From Acholeplasmataceae bacterium (lineage in GTDB: Bacteria; Bacillota_I; Bacilli_A; Acholeplasmatales; Acholeplasmataceae): DNA of 64,000 bases. The notes beneath the pieces are model-generated. The model was given only the letters and a program-made list of their open reading frames with translations, had not been told where the DNA came from and did not search any database. Within the stretch, counting starts at the first letter, position 1; the number at the start of each line of letters is the position of its first letter. The position numbers were made by a program, and so were the translations under genes. The stretch lies in assembly GCA_963667565.1 (NCBI GenBank), contig OY763415.1, forward strand, positions 96,001 through 160,000, in the 5' to 3' direction. Shown here piece by piece: positions 44,957-54,247 of this stretch.

Positions 44957-45817
44957 ATGAGTAAAATCGCAATATTAACATGTAGTAATGCTGGGCTTGA
45001 TTATTTGGATTATCCAAAAGATATCGAGATTTTAAGATCAGTTATCCATTTTGGCAATCAACATAGCTATAACGATTTTGTTGATATGGATGCTAAAACG
45101 TTTTATGAACGTATTAATCATAATCCAGACGATATTCCTAAGACATCTTATGTTTCAATAGGTCATATGATTGAAGTATTTGAGTCACTTAAAGAAAAAG
45201 GTTATGAAGAAGCGTTAGTAATCACGATTTCTTCCAAATTATCAGGATTATATGAAGCGGTACAACGCGCTGGTACAGAAGTTGATTTAAAGGTTACTGC
45301 ATTTGATTCAAGAACATTGGCTTATGCAGAAGCATTTATGGTATTAGAAGCTCATCGTTTGGCAGCACAAGATAAAAGTGTTGAAGAAATTATTTCATAT
45401 TTAGAAAAAATAAGAGAAAATCATCAAATTTTCTTTGCTGTTGACACGCTTTTATATTTAATGAAAAATGGGCGTTTATCTAAACTTCAAGGGACGCTTG
45501 GAACGATGTTACAACTTAAACCATTACTTACCATAGATAAAGAAGGTAAAGTTGAAACATTAGAGAAAATAAGAACAACACATAAAGCACAAAAACGTGT
45601 CTTAGAAAAATATATTGAAGTTACAAAAGATAAAAACGTCATTACATTTATTTCTCATGCTCATGCAGATGAATATGTTAAATGGTTTGTTGAAGAAATA
45701 GCTAAAGTGTTTCCAGAAAGAGAAGTCATTGTTGCATATTTAACACCTGTAGTTGGTGCACATACTGGACCTAAAGCATTAGGTTTAGGTTATGTTGATT
45801 TAGATCAATTAAAATAA
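44957..45817 (+). CDS. DegV/FakB fatty acid-binding protein
   Basis: PKTS, ISSKLSG, KNGR, GAHTGP. Confidence 0.93.
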   Translation: MSKIAILTCSNAGLDYLDYPKDIEILRSVIHFGNQHSYNDFVDMDAKTFYERINHNPDDIPKTSYVSIGHMIEVFESLKEKGYEEALVITISSKLSGLYEAVQRAGTEVDLKVTAFDSRTLAYAEAFMVLEAHRLAAQDKSVEEIISYLEKIRENHQIFFAVDTLLYLMKNGRLSKLQGTLGTMLQLKPLLTIDKEGKVETLEKIRTTHKAQKRVLEKYIEVTKDKNVITFISHAHADEYVKWFVEEIAKVFPEREVIVAYLTPVVGAHTGPKALGLGYVDLDQLK

Positions 45818-45852
45818 AAAAAAGCCAATTTAGCGATTGGCTTTTATTTTTT
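45816..45852. terminator. Bidirectional terminator
   Basis: AAAAGCCAAT / ATTGGCTTTT. Confidence 0.8.
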
Positions 45853-46822
45853 ATTCTATATGCTTTTTGTGTTTTTTAGGTTTACCATCATCTAAAATGC
45901 CTGTCATCGGAATGAGTAAAAATGCTAACCATGATATATAAAACATATCAAAGAAATATCCAACTGAGAAAAAGATGATTGTTGAGATAAAAGGCATGAC
46001 TGCAACCAATCTAAATTCACCAGAGATAATAATTGCTGCTATTGGGAATAATAGAAGTATTTGCCAAGCATAAACCCATGAATTAGGAACTAAAAGGCCA
46101 ACAGTGATAAAGATTGCTAATAAGATAACGAGTGTTGAAAAAATCATTACACCTTTTCTTGAACGATCAAAATCAACCGTGATTCTTATGCGTTCGAAAT
46201 AAATGCCTAATGCCACTGGGAGTAAGAATCCTAATAGACCTATAAGAATATCACCTTCGGTATATACCATATATACATAAAATATAATCGCAATCACAAA
46301 TGATGAAAACATAAGTGTGTTTTTCTTGCTTGGATGAAGGATTAATGCGACCATCGGAATACTTAAGAAGGCTAACCAAGCATATTCATAGTATCCAATA
46401 TAGGTACCTACTAAAATCACAGTGATTAAGGATATAAAAGGCATAAGACCGATAATTCTATCTCTACCTCCACCAGATAAGACACCAAAGATTGGAATGA
46501 TTAAGAAAATAAGCCAAATAGGATGCCAAACTTGAGTTGTAAATCCAATGGTCATAAATGTAATTAATGCAATAAATGGAGATAATGCAACTAGTTTGTG
46601 ATCTTTATGATTTTTTACAATAAAAGATAAAGTATCTTTTAAATCTTCATAAACTCTTCTAGGCTCTCCAAGTAATTCTCTAATTTCTGTATCGGACATA
46701 GATTTATCGAGTCCATCATCATACATTTGAGTATAGTCATTCATAATGTCGTCGATATCAGATTCACTAACATTATGATTTGTTAAAATTTGTTTTAATT
46801 CATCTAAATAATCATTTTTCAT
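45851..46822 (-). CDS. DUF1700/HAAS-domain multi-pass membrane protein
   Basis: N-terminal YLDELK...LGEP domain followed by repeated W-x-x-(F/L)L-x-x-P TM hairpins; downstream of PadR. Confidence 0.8.
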   Translation of the reverse strand: MKNDYLDELKQILTNHNVSESDIDDIMNDYTQMYDDGLDKSMSDTEIRELLGEPRRVYEDLKDTLSFIVKNHKDHKLVALSPFIALITFMTIGFTTQVWHPIWLIFLIIPIFGVLSGGGRDRIIGLMPFISLITVILVGTYIGYYEYAWLAFLSIPMVALILHPSKKNTLMFSSFVIAIIFYVYMVYTEGDILIGLLGFLLPVALGIYFERIRITVDFDRSRKGVMIFSTLVILLAIFITVGLLVPNSWVYAWQILLLFPIAAIIISGEFRLVAVMPFISTIIFFSVGYFFDMFYISWLAFLLIPMTGILDDGKPKKHKKHIE

Positions 46823-46823
46823 T

Positions 46824-47135
46824 TTATTTTCCTCCTAAAATTTGGTTAACACCTTGTAAAAAATCTCGCCATTCAGTCATATATGCTTCATATATATCTT
46901 TTCCAGCTTTAGTGATCTTATAATATTTTCTAGGTGCGCCAAGTGTCGTGGGTTCATAATAAGTACTAAAGTAATCTTGTGCAGTTAAACGTCTAAGAAT
47001 TGGATATACTGTATTTTCGTTGACATCAATCGTTTTTGAAAGAATTTCAATCACTTCAAATCCATACATGTCTTTACTTTCAATGAGACTTAAAACGCAT
47101 AATTCCACAATACCTTTTTTGAATTGTGTATTCAT
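46824..47135 (-). CDS. PadR family transcriptional regulator
   Basis: QFKKG, YGFE, TVYPILRRL, RKYYKIT. Confidence 0.95.
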   Translation of the reverse strand: MNTQFKKGIVELCVLSLIESKDMYGFEVIEILSKTIDVNENTVYPILRRLTAQDYFSTYYEPTTLGAPRKYYKITKAGKDIYEAYMTEWRDFLQGVNQILGGK

Positions 47136-47147
47136 AGAAACCTCCCT

Positions 47148-47199
47148 TACTGTGTATCACACACTACTAATATAACATGGTACTGTGCAAAACACAATA
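47148..47199 (-). promoter_or_regulatory. Two putative PadR operator palindromes flanking an extended -10
   Basis: TACTGTGTATCACACACTA (47148-47166) and TACTGTGCAAAACACAATA (47181-47199), with minus-strand TGTTATATT between them. Confidence 0.6.
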
Positions 47200-47250
47200 C
47201 CTAAAATTAAAAAAAATATGAAAAAAAAGTATCATATCATGACACACATC

Positions 47251-47279
47251 TTGTCTTTTTTAAAACTCTATGATACTAT
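47251..47279 (+). promoter_or_regulatory. aro operon promoter
   Basis: TTGTCT-17 nt-TACTAT with the TG extension. Confidence 0.65.
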
Positions 47280-47307
47280 ACTTACAAACAAGAAAGGTAA
47301 TATTTCT

Positions 47308-47361
47308 ATGTTAAATATATTGAAATCTGTTTTTTATTACGCATATTACTACAAAAAATAA
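47308..47361 (+). CDS. Phe/Tyr-rich leader peptide MLNILKSVFYYAYYYKK
   Basis: RBS AGAAAGGT. Codons 9-15 read F Y Y A Y Y Y. Lies upstream of the attenuator hairpins and aroF. Confidence 0.88.
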   Translation: MLNILKSVFYYAYYYKK

Positions 47362-47458
47362 AGGATTGCAGGGCATTCCTTTTTGAGTGATTTAAGTAAA
47401 AGGAAACAGCCAATCAATGATACATTCATCCTTGAGGTTGTTCCTCAGGGATTTTTTT
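47360..47458 (+). promoter_or_regulatory. Transcription attenuator (alternative hairpins plus intrinsic terminator)
   Basis: Terminator ATCCTTGAGG/CCTCAGGGAT with a T run at 47428-47458; competing pairings are detailed in the findings. Confidence 0.85.
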
Positions 47459-47477
47459 ATTTCAAAGGAGAAGAACG

Positions 47478-48497
47478 ATGATTGTAAGAATGAAAGAAAA
47501 CTCAACTAAAACTCAATATGAAAAAATTGTTGATTTTCTAAAAGAAAAGAATTTAGAAGTTAAAGATGTAAGTAGCCAAACAGTTAAAATTTTTGGTATT
47601 ATTGGTGACACAACAGGTTTTGAACCGAATGACTTATATGCATTTGATGGAGTTGCTGATGTCACAAGAGTATCTACACCTTTTAAGAAAGCAAGTAGAA
47701 GTTTTCATCCAGAAAACACAGTGATTAAATTTAATAACGGTGTTGAAATTGGTGGAAATCAATTTGTGATGATGGCTGGTCCATGTTCAGTTGAATCAGA
47801 AGATCAATTAAGAACAATCGCTAAAGAATTAAAAAAATCCGGTGTAAAATTTTTACGCGGTGGTGCTTATAAACCTAGAACTTCTCCTTATTCATTTCAA
47901 GGTTTAGGACTTGAAGGATTAAAAATCTTAAGAAAAGTCGCAGATGAGTTTGATATGCTTGTTGTTACTGAACTGATGAGTCCAGATGTTTTAGATGAAT
48001 TTGAAAAGTATGTTGATATTATTCAAATTGGTGCTAGAAACATGCAAAACTTTTCGTTATTAAAAGAATTAGGAAGATCAACAAAACCTATTTTATTAAA
48101 AAGAGGTATTGCAGCAACCATTCAAGAGTGGCTAATGTCAGCTGAATACGTCATGGCTAATGGTAATGAAGATATTATCATGTGTGAAAGAGGTATTCGT
48201 ACGTATGAAACTTATACTAGAAACACATTAGATATCAGTGCTGTTTTAGCTATTAAAGAATTATCTCATTTACCAGTGATCATTGATCCAAGTCATGCCG
48301 CAGGACGTTGGAACATGATTGAAAGTTTAAGTTTAGCAAGTTTAGCAGTGGGTGCGGATGGTCTTATTGTTGAAGTCCATCACGATCCTGAACACGCGAT
48401 GAGCGATGGTGCGCAATCATTAAAACCACATAAATATGATCAAATGGTTAAGAAATTAGAAAAGATTGCACCAACAATTGATAAAAAAATAGCATGA
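47478..48497 (+). CDS. aroF: DAHP synthase type I-beta with an N-terminal regulatory domain
   Basis: AGPCSVE, KPRTSPYSFQG, IGARNMQN, DPSH. Confidence 0.96.
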   Translation: MIVRMKENSTKTQYEKIVDFLKEKNLEVKDVSSQTVKIFGIIGDTTGFEPNDLYAFDGVADVTRVSTPFKKASRSFHPENTVIKFNNGVEIGGNQFVMMAGPCSVESEDQLRTIAKELKKSGVKFLRGGAYKPRTSPYSFQGLGLEGLKILRKVADEFDMLVVTELMSPDVLDEFEKYVDIIQIGARNMQNFSLLKELGRSTKPILLKRGIAATIQEWLMSAEYVMANGNEDIIMCERGIRTYETYTRNTLDISAVLAIKELSHLPVIIDPSHAAGRWNMIESLSLASLAVGADGLIVEVHHDPEHAMSDGAQSLKPHKYDQMVKKLEKIAPTIDKKIA

Positions 48498-49324
48498 AAA
48501 TCTTTATTGTAGGACTTGGATTAATTGGCGCATCCTATGCGGAAGGATTAAAACTTAAGGGACATCAAATATATGCTTATAATAGAAGTACAGATAAAGT
48601 TTTAAAAGCCATTGAAGAGGGTATAGTTGAATGTGATAACCATATAGATAAATTAAGTGAGTGTGACTTAATTGTTCTTTCCTTATATCCAAAGCATAAT
48701 ATTGAATTTATCTTAAATCACCAAAATTTATTTAGAGAAGGTCAAATTGTCACAGATGTATCTGGGACCAAAGTATGGATGATGGATGAGATTGAAAAAA
48801 TACTTCCAAAAGGTCTTTCTTACACATCACATCACCCAATGGCTGGTAAAGAAATAAGTGGATATGATGCTAAGGACTATCGCATATTTAAAGGCGCTAA
48901 TTTTGTTTTAGTACCTTCTAAATTATCGAAACAAAATGATGAAATTGTTTTAAAACAAATTGCAGAAGCATTGGCTTTTGGTCGCATGTTAAAAGTAGAT
49001 GCAAAGACACATGATCAATTGATTGCATTTACTTCACAGCTTACGCATGTACTCGCTGTTGCACTGGTCAATACAGATCATTTTAATGAGACAAAAGATG
49101 CGACTGGAGATTCATATAGAGATTTAACAAGGATTGCTAAGATTAACGAAACAATGTGGACAGAATTATTCTTAGAAAATAAACCTGCTTTACTTGGTGT
49201 AATTAAAGATTTTCAAGATCAACTTAAATATATGGAAGATATGATTAAGCAGGATCAAAAAGAAGATTTAATGACATATATGAAAAAAGCAAAAGAGAAG
49301 AGGTTAACTTTTGACAAAGATTAG
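48494..49324 (+). CDS. tyrA: Prephenate dehydrogenase
   Basis: GLGLIG, HPMAG, HDQLIAFTSQLTH, RDLTRIA. Confidence 0.93.
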   Translation: MKIFIVGLGLIGASYAEGLKLKGHQIYAYNRSTDKVLKAIEEGIVECDNHIDKLSECDLIVLSLYPKHNIEFILNHQNLFREGQIVTDVSGTKVWMMDEIEKILPKGLSYTSHHPMAGKEISGYDAKDYRIFKGANFVLVPSKLSKQNDEIVLKQIAEALAFGRMLKVDAKTHDQLIAFTSQLTHVLAVALVNTDHFNETKDATGDSYRDLTRIAKINETMWTELFLENKPALLGVIKDFQDQLKYMEDMIKQDQKEDLMTYMKKAKEKRLTFDKD

Positions 49325-50315
49325 TATGCCAGAATATGATATGTTTGTTGGCTTAAATGAAATGGAAAAAATTGAATCTCATATTAAAGAAATATATGCA
49401 TATGATGAAGTGTTTATTGTTACTGATGAATTGGTATATTCGCACTATAAAGCGAAAATAGGTGATTGGTTTAGTGCGTTTAAATACCAAATTATACTTG
49501 TTCCTGAAGGTGAAAAATCAAAGTCTTTTGATATATATTTAAAAGCTATTGACGACCTCATTAAAGCGGGATTAAAAAGACAACATTTAATCATTGCCTT
49601 AGGTGGTGGTGTCATTGGTGATTTAACTGGTTTTATCGCATCTACGATTTATAGAGGCGTACCTTTTATGCAAATACCTACAACACTTTTATCGATGGTA
49701 GATAGCAGTATAGGTGGTAAAGTAGGCATTGATTTGGAACAAGGTAAAAATCTTATTGGTTCTTTTTATCAACCTAAAAAAGTAATCATTGATCCACAGT
49801 TTTTAAATACGCTTAGTGTGCTTGAATATCGAAATGGTCTTGCAGAAATGATTAAAGCAGGACTTATTGGAAATAAAGAATTATTTGAGTTTTTTCTAAC
49901 ACATGATCAAGTCACTGAAAAAGAAATTATTGAGGCAATTGAGGTAAAAAGACAAGTTGTACTCATAGATCCTTATGATTATAAAGAGCGTATGTATTTA
50001 AACTTTGGACACTCTTATGGTCATGCGATAGAAAAGAAAACAAAGTATAGCGTATATAAGCATGGACAAGCTATTAGTTATGGTATGCTTATCGCTTTAG
50101 AAATAGGGATACTTGAGGGTATTACACGCCCATGTTTATATGATGAAGTTAAAAAAGTGTTACTGAGATTAGAACTTGTAAAACAACCTTTATTAGAAAA
50201 AGAAGATTTCCAAGATGAATTAAAATACGACAAAAAAAATATGGCAAACGGATATCATTTTGTATTTATTAAAGACATTGGTGTACCTGTTATTAAAACC
50301 ATTAAGATTGGATAA
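49311..50315 (+). CDS. aroB: 3-dehydroquinate synthase
   Basis: GGGVIGD, PTTLLSMVDSSIGGK, LNFGH. Confidence 0.95.
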   Translation: MTKISMPEYDMFVGLNEMEKIESHIKEIYAYDEVFIVTDELVYSHYKAKIGDWFSAFKYQIILVPEGEKSKSFDIYLKAIDDLIKAGLKRQHLIIALGGGVIGDLTGFIASTIYRGVPFMQIPTTLLSMVDSSIGGKVGIDLEQGKNLIGSFYQPKKVIIDPQFLNTLSVLEYRNGLAEMIKAGLIGNKELFEFFLTHDQVTEKEIIEAIEVKRQVVLIDPYDYKERMYLNFGHSYGHAIEKKTKYSVYKHGQAISYGMLIALEIGILEGITRPCLYDEVKKVLLRLELVKQPLLEKEDFQDELKYDKKNMANGYHFVFIKDIGVPVIKTIKIG

Positions 50316-50319
50316 AATT

Positions 50320-51582
50320 ATGGATATTAAAATATGTCCCAAAAGTTTAAGTGGACAAATTGACGTTGTATCATCTAAATCTTTATCACATCGTTATGTG
50401 ATTGCTGCTGCACTTTCTAATCGTGAAAGTGTAGTTAAGAATGTATTAGATTCTAAAGATTTAGAAGCTACAAAAGATGCACTTTCAATTTTAGGTGCAA
50501 AATTTAATCAAGATCACATAGTGCCACTAGATTTTAATGTAGGTGTACAAAAGATCAATGTTAAAGAATCGGGATCAACGTTAAGATTTATGATTCCTAT
50601 TTATATGCTTACTGATCAAAAGATAGAAATCTATGGTGAAAATAGACTTATTGATCGACCTTTAGATGTATACGAAGACTTATTTCGAAATCGAAATGTT
50701 ACATTTCTACATCTAGATCACAATCATCAACTTCCGCTTCTTGTGAAGGGAAAACTAAAAGGTGGCCATTTTGCCCTCAGAGGTGATGTAAGTTCTCAAT
50801 TCATCAGTGGATTGTTATTTGCTTTACCATTACTAAAAAAAGATTCTGTGATTGAACTTACAACACCACTTGAATCTAAAGGTTATGTAGATTTAACACT
50901 AGATGTCTTAAAAAAGTATGGTATTCATATATTAAGAGTTGATCAATATATCTATATTAAAGGTGGTCAGCATTATCAAGCTAAAGACCAAATTGTTGAA
51001 GGTGATTTCTCACAATCAGTCTTTTGGTTTGCTGCTGGTCTTTTTGGAAATCATGAACTTAAATTAAATAACTTAAATGATCAAAGCCTTCAAGGTGATA
51101 AAGCATGTGTTGATATCCTTAAATCTATGGGTGCTGACATTACTTATGAGCAAGGTATATATCGTGTAACACCAACAAAGTTGCGACAAACAACCATTGA
51201 TTTAGCCCAAGTACCTGATTTAGGTCCTATGCTGATGGGGGTTGCAGCTTTAAGCCAAGGTGTAACAACATTTATAAATTTTGAAAGATTACGAATCAAA
51301 GAATCCGACCGTGTTGAAGCAATGAAAGATGTACTTAAAAGATTTGGTGTCGACATGAAAGTGTTAGATGATAAAATAGAAATACAAGGTGTTGAACAAT
51401 TAAAAGGTGATGTAGAAATAAATACATTTAACGATCATAGAATCGCTATGGCGGCTTCTATTCTAGCGATTAAAGCAAGTGGTCCTGTGGTGATTAAACA
51501 AGCAGAATGTGTTGAAAAATCGTATCCAACATTTTTTGAAGCATATAAAAAACTAGGTGGTGACATACATGAACTTAGATGA
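50320..51582 (+). CDS. aroA: EPSP synthase
   Basis: SKSLSHR, SGSTLRF, SSQFISG, KESDR, DHRIAM. Confidence 0.96.
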   Translation: MDIKICPKSLSGQIDVVSSKSLSHRYVIAAALSNRESVVKNVLDSKDLEATKDALSILGAKFNQDHIVPLDFNVGVQKINVKESGSTLRFMIPIYMLTDQKIEIYGENRLIDRPLDVYEDLFRNRNVTFLHLDHNHQLPLLVKGKLKGGHFALRGDVSSQFISGLLFALPLLKKDSVIELTTPLESKGYVDLTLDVLKKYGIHILRVDQYIYIKGGQHYQAKDQIVEGDFSQSVFWFAAGLFGNHELKLNNLNDQSLQGDKACVDILKSMGADITYEQGIYRVTPTKLRQTTIDLAQVPDLGPMLMGVAALSQGVTTFINFERLRIKESDRVEAMKDVLKRFGVDMKVLDDKIEIQGVEQLKGDVEINTFNDHRIAMAASILAIKASGPVVIKQAECVEKSYPTFFEAYKKLGGDIHELR

Positions 51583-51829
51583 ATTAAGAAGTAAGATTAA
51601 TGAAATCGATGAAAACATTTTAGCGTTATTTGAAGAAAGAATGCACGTTGCTAAACAAATAGGTATGTATAAAAAGGAACATAATCTTCCTGTTTTAGAT
51701 CAATCAAGAGAAGATGCATTATTAAATTTGATGAAATCTAAAGTAAAAGATCATGAGCTTTTAAATTTATATGAGGCATTTTTAAAACATTTAATGACAC
51801 TTTCAAAGGCATATCAAAATGAAATATAA
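51569..51829 (+). CDS. Chorismate mutase (AroQ type)
   Basis: LRSKINEID...ERM...K...DQSRE...SKAYQ. Confidence 0.92.
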   Translation: MNLDELRSKINEIDENILALFEERMHVAKQIGMYKKEHNLPVLDQSREDALLNLMKSKVKDHELLNLYEAFLKHLMTLSKAYQNEI

Positions 51830-52598
51830 TCTTGCAATACTAGGACAAGGTATTAGTTATAGTTTGTCACCTCAAATTCATTCTGTGATTGGTGATTTAA
51901 TTGATGAAGAAATCACTTATGAATTAAAGGATATTCAAAGACAAGATTTAGCACAAGCTATTCAAGCATTAAAAAATCATGAGTATCAAGGATATAATGT
52001 CACAAAACCTTATAAAGAAATCATTCTTGATGATGTTGAACACTTATCTGATGTTGCTAAAAAACTAAAAGCTGTTAATACACTCTTTATTAAAGACGGT
52101 AAAGTTTATGGGGATAATACGGATGTCTTTGGATTTGAATATTTATTAGATTATTACCGTATTCAAGTAAGTCAAAAACATGTCCTTATTCTTGGTACAG
52201 GTGGTGCAGCAAAAGCTGTATGTCATGTGTTAAAAAAAAGAGGTGCACATGTTACATACGCTTCAAGAAATAGTTTAAAAGAAATGGATGAGAAAGTTAT
52301 AAGTTATGATCAAATCAATCCAGACGATGTTGACATCTATGTTAACGCAACACCGATTGGAACTTTTCCTAAGATGGATCTTGCTGTTCTTAAACAAGAA
52401 CAAGTTACTAATCAAATCATCATAGATCTTATTTATAGACCAAATCGAACAAAACTAATGTCATTTGCAAAGACTTCATATAATGGATTTGTAATGTTAT
52501 TAGCACAAGCGATTAAAAGTGAAATGCTATGGTTAAATAAACCATTAAATATACATGATATTTTAGATAGATTAAAGGAAGTGATCATATATGAATAG
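51819..52598 (+). CDS. aroE: Shikimate dehydrogenase
   Basis: SLSP, NVTKPYK, AVNT, NTD, GTGGAA. Confidence 0.95.
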   Translation: MKYNLAILGQGISYSLSPQIHSVIGDLIDEEITYELKDIQRQDLAQAIQALKNHEYQGYNVTKPYKEIILDDVEHLSDVAKKLKAVNTLFIKDGKVYGDNTDVFGFEYLLDYYRIQVSQKHVLILGTGGAAKAVCHVLKKRGAHVTYASRNSLKEMDEKVISYDQINPDDVDIYVNATPIGTFPKMDLAVLKQEQVTNQIIIDLIYRPNRTKLMSFAKTSYNGFVMLLAQAIKSEMLWLNKPLNIHDILDRLKEVIIYE

Positions 52599-53577
52599 TT
52601 ATGGAACATTATTTAAAGTCACACTTTATGGCGAATCACATCAAGACGCAATTGGTGTTGTAGTTGATGGAGTCAAACCAGGAACTAAAATCGATTTAGG
52701 ACTTATTCAAAATGATTTAGAATTAAGAAAACCTAAAGACATTGGAACAACGCCTAGAAAAGAAGATGATGATGTAATTATCACATCCGGTGTTTTTAAT
52801 GGATTTGCTACAGGTTCTCCGATACACTTAATGATCGAAAATAAAAATGTTAAATCAAAAGATTATGATCACTTAAAAAAACAACCAAGACCTGGCCATG
52901 CTGATTTTGTTGCTGAAGTGAAATATCAAGGTTTTCAAGATCACAGAGGCGGTGGACGTTTTTCTGGAAGGCTCACTGCGGCTTTAGTTGCTGCAGGATC
53001 GATTGCAAAAATGATGGTACCCTATCATTTTAGTCATGAACTGATCCAAGTAGGAACACTAAAAGATATGTCTAAACTTGATTCGTATTTAAAAGAAATC
53101 ACTGCTAGTGGTGATTCTGTAGGTGGCATCATAGAATTAAAGGTTTCAAATGTAGGTGTTGGATTAGGTGAACCATTCTTTGAAAAATTAGATGCTGAAA
53201 TTGCAAAAATGATGTTTAGTATACCTGCTGTAAAAGGTGTAGAATTTGGTATAGGTTTTGAAGGTGTAAACATGCTAGGATCAGAATTTAATGATCTTAT
53301 CATTGATGAGCATGGAACAACTAAGACCAACCATAGTGGTGGTGTGACTGGAGGTATTTCAAACGGGAACGAAATCACATTAAAAGTATTTATAAAACCG
53401 ACTTCAAGCATCCAAAAAAGACAAGAAACATTTAATTTTGAATCATCACAAATTGAAGGTTTAAATATAGGTGGTAGACATGATGTTGCGATTGTTAGAA
53501 GAGTCGGAATTGTCTTAGAAAATGTACTTGCGATTGTTATGGCAGACGCGATGCTAAAATCCAAAATTTACCAATAA
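52591..53577 (+). CDS. aroC: Chorismate synthase
   Basis: GESH, RPGHAD, GGGRFSGR, KPTSSI, GRHD. Confidence 0.96.
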   Translation: MNSYGTLFKVTLYGESHQDAIGVVVDGVKPGTKIDLGLIQNDLELRKPKDIGTTPRKEDDDVIITSGVFNGFATGSPIHLMIENKNVKSKDYDHLKKQPRPGHADFVAEVKYQGFQDHRGGGRFSGRLTAALVAAGSIAKMMVPYHFSHELIQVGTLKDMSKLDSYLKEITASGDSVGGIIELKVSNVGVGLGEPFFEKLDAEIAKMMFSIPAVKGVEFGIGFEGVNMLGSEFNDLIIDEHGTTKTNHSGGVTGGISNGNEITLKVFIKPTSSIQKRQETFNFESSQIEGLNIGGRHDVAIVRRVGIVLENVLAIVMADAMLKSKIYQ

Positions 53578-53581
53578 ATTA

Positions 53582-53625
53582 AAAAAAATCCAAAATTTAA
53601 GTTCTTTTAAATGATGGATTTTTTT
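53582..53625 (+). terminator. aro operon terminator
   Basis: AAAAAAATCCA...TGGATTTTTTT imperfect stem. Confidence 0.6.
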
Positions 53626-53636
53626 ATTTGCAAAAT

Positions 53637-53650
53637 TGTAAACGTTATCA
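53637..53650. promoter_or_regulatory. cre-like (CcpA/LacI-family) box upstream of the hydrogenase promoter
   Basis: TGTAAACGTTATCA fits TGWAANCGNTNWCA at every position. TTGACA at 53673 and TGATATAAT at 53702-53710 lie downstream. Confidence 0.55.
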
Positions 53651-53749
53651 TCTAATTTACAAGGCAAAAAACTTGACAAGCAATTATTTTAAAAAATAAT
53701 GTGATATAATCAAGGTAGAAATTATCGACTCTATTTAAAGGAGAAAAAT

Positions 53750-54247
53750 ATGAATAAGAGATATGAATTTAGCGAAGAGCAAATGAGTTTTTTTCATGCG
53801 AAGATGGATGAAAATATGTTAAAACCAGGGCCATTAATGCCTACGCTTCATGATGCACAACACATCTTTGGATTTATACCATTAGAAATCCAAAAAATCA
53901 TTAGTCAAAAGCTAGGCATCAGTGTTGCTAAAATAAATGGTGTTGTTACTTTTTATGGCAACTTCTCAGTTGAACCAAAAGGTAAACATGAAATCCATGT
54001 ATGTTTAGGTACTGCATGTTATGTTCGTGGTTCAAAAAATATTATGGAAACTTTAGAAAATCATTATCACATTAAAGACGGTGAAACAACCAAAGATGGT
54101 GAAATCACTTTAATGGCAACCAGATGTGTTGGTGCATGTGGACTTGCACCTGTCTTTTCAGTTGATGGTCATATTTATGGAACTGCTAATGTTTCTAAAA
54201 CAAATGATGTTATTAAATCTTTAGAGGAAACAGAACATGAAGCTTGA
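53750..54247 (+). CDS. hydC: [FeFe]-hydrogenase subunit HydC (NuoE-like, 2Fe-2S)
   Basis: VTFY, CLGTAC, CVGAC-x-x-AP. Confidence 0.92.
   Translation: MNKRYEFSEEQMSFFHAKMDENMLKPGPLMPTLHDAQHIFGFIPLEIQKIISQKLGISVAKINGVVTFYGNFSVEPKGKHEIHVCLGTACYVRGSKNIMETLENHYHIKDGETTKDGEITLMATRCVGACGLAPVFSVDGHIYGTANVSKTNDVIKSLEETEHEA

Noticed and set aside
47280..47470. T-box riboswitch upstream of aroF
   Set aside because: No GGTGGNACC T-box motif or stem I; the leader-peptide model explains the region.
53034..53564. Long antisense ORF in aroC, and similar shadow ORFs in fusA, prfA, tsaC, atpB, atpD, degV and hydA
   Set aside because: Fully overlap conserved genes; explained by codon-bias shadows.
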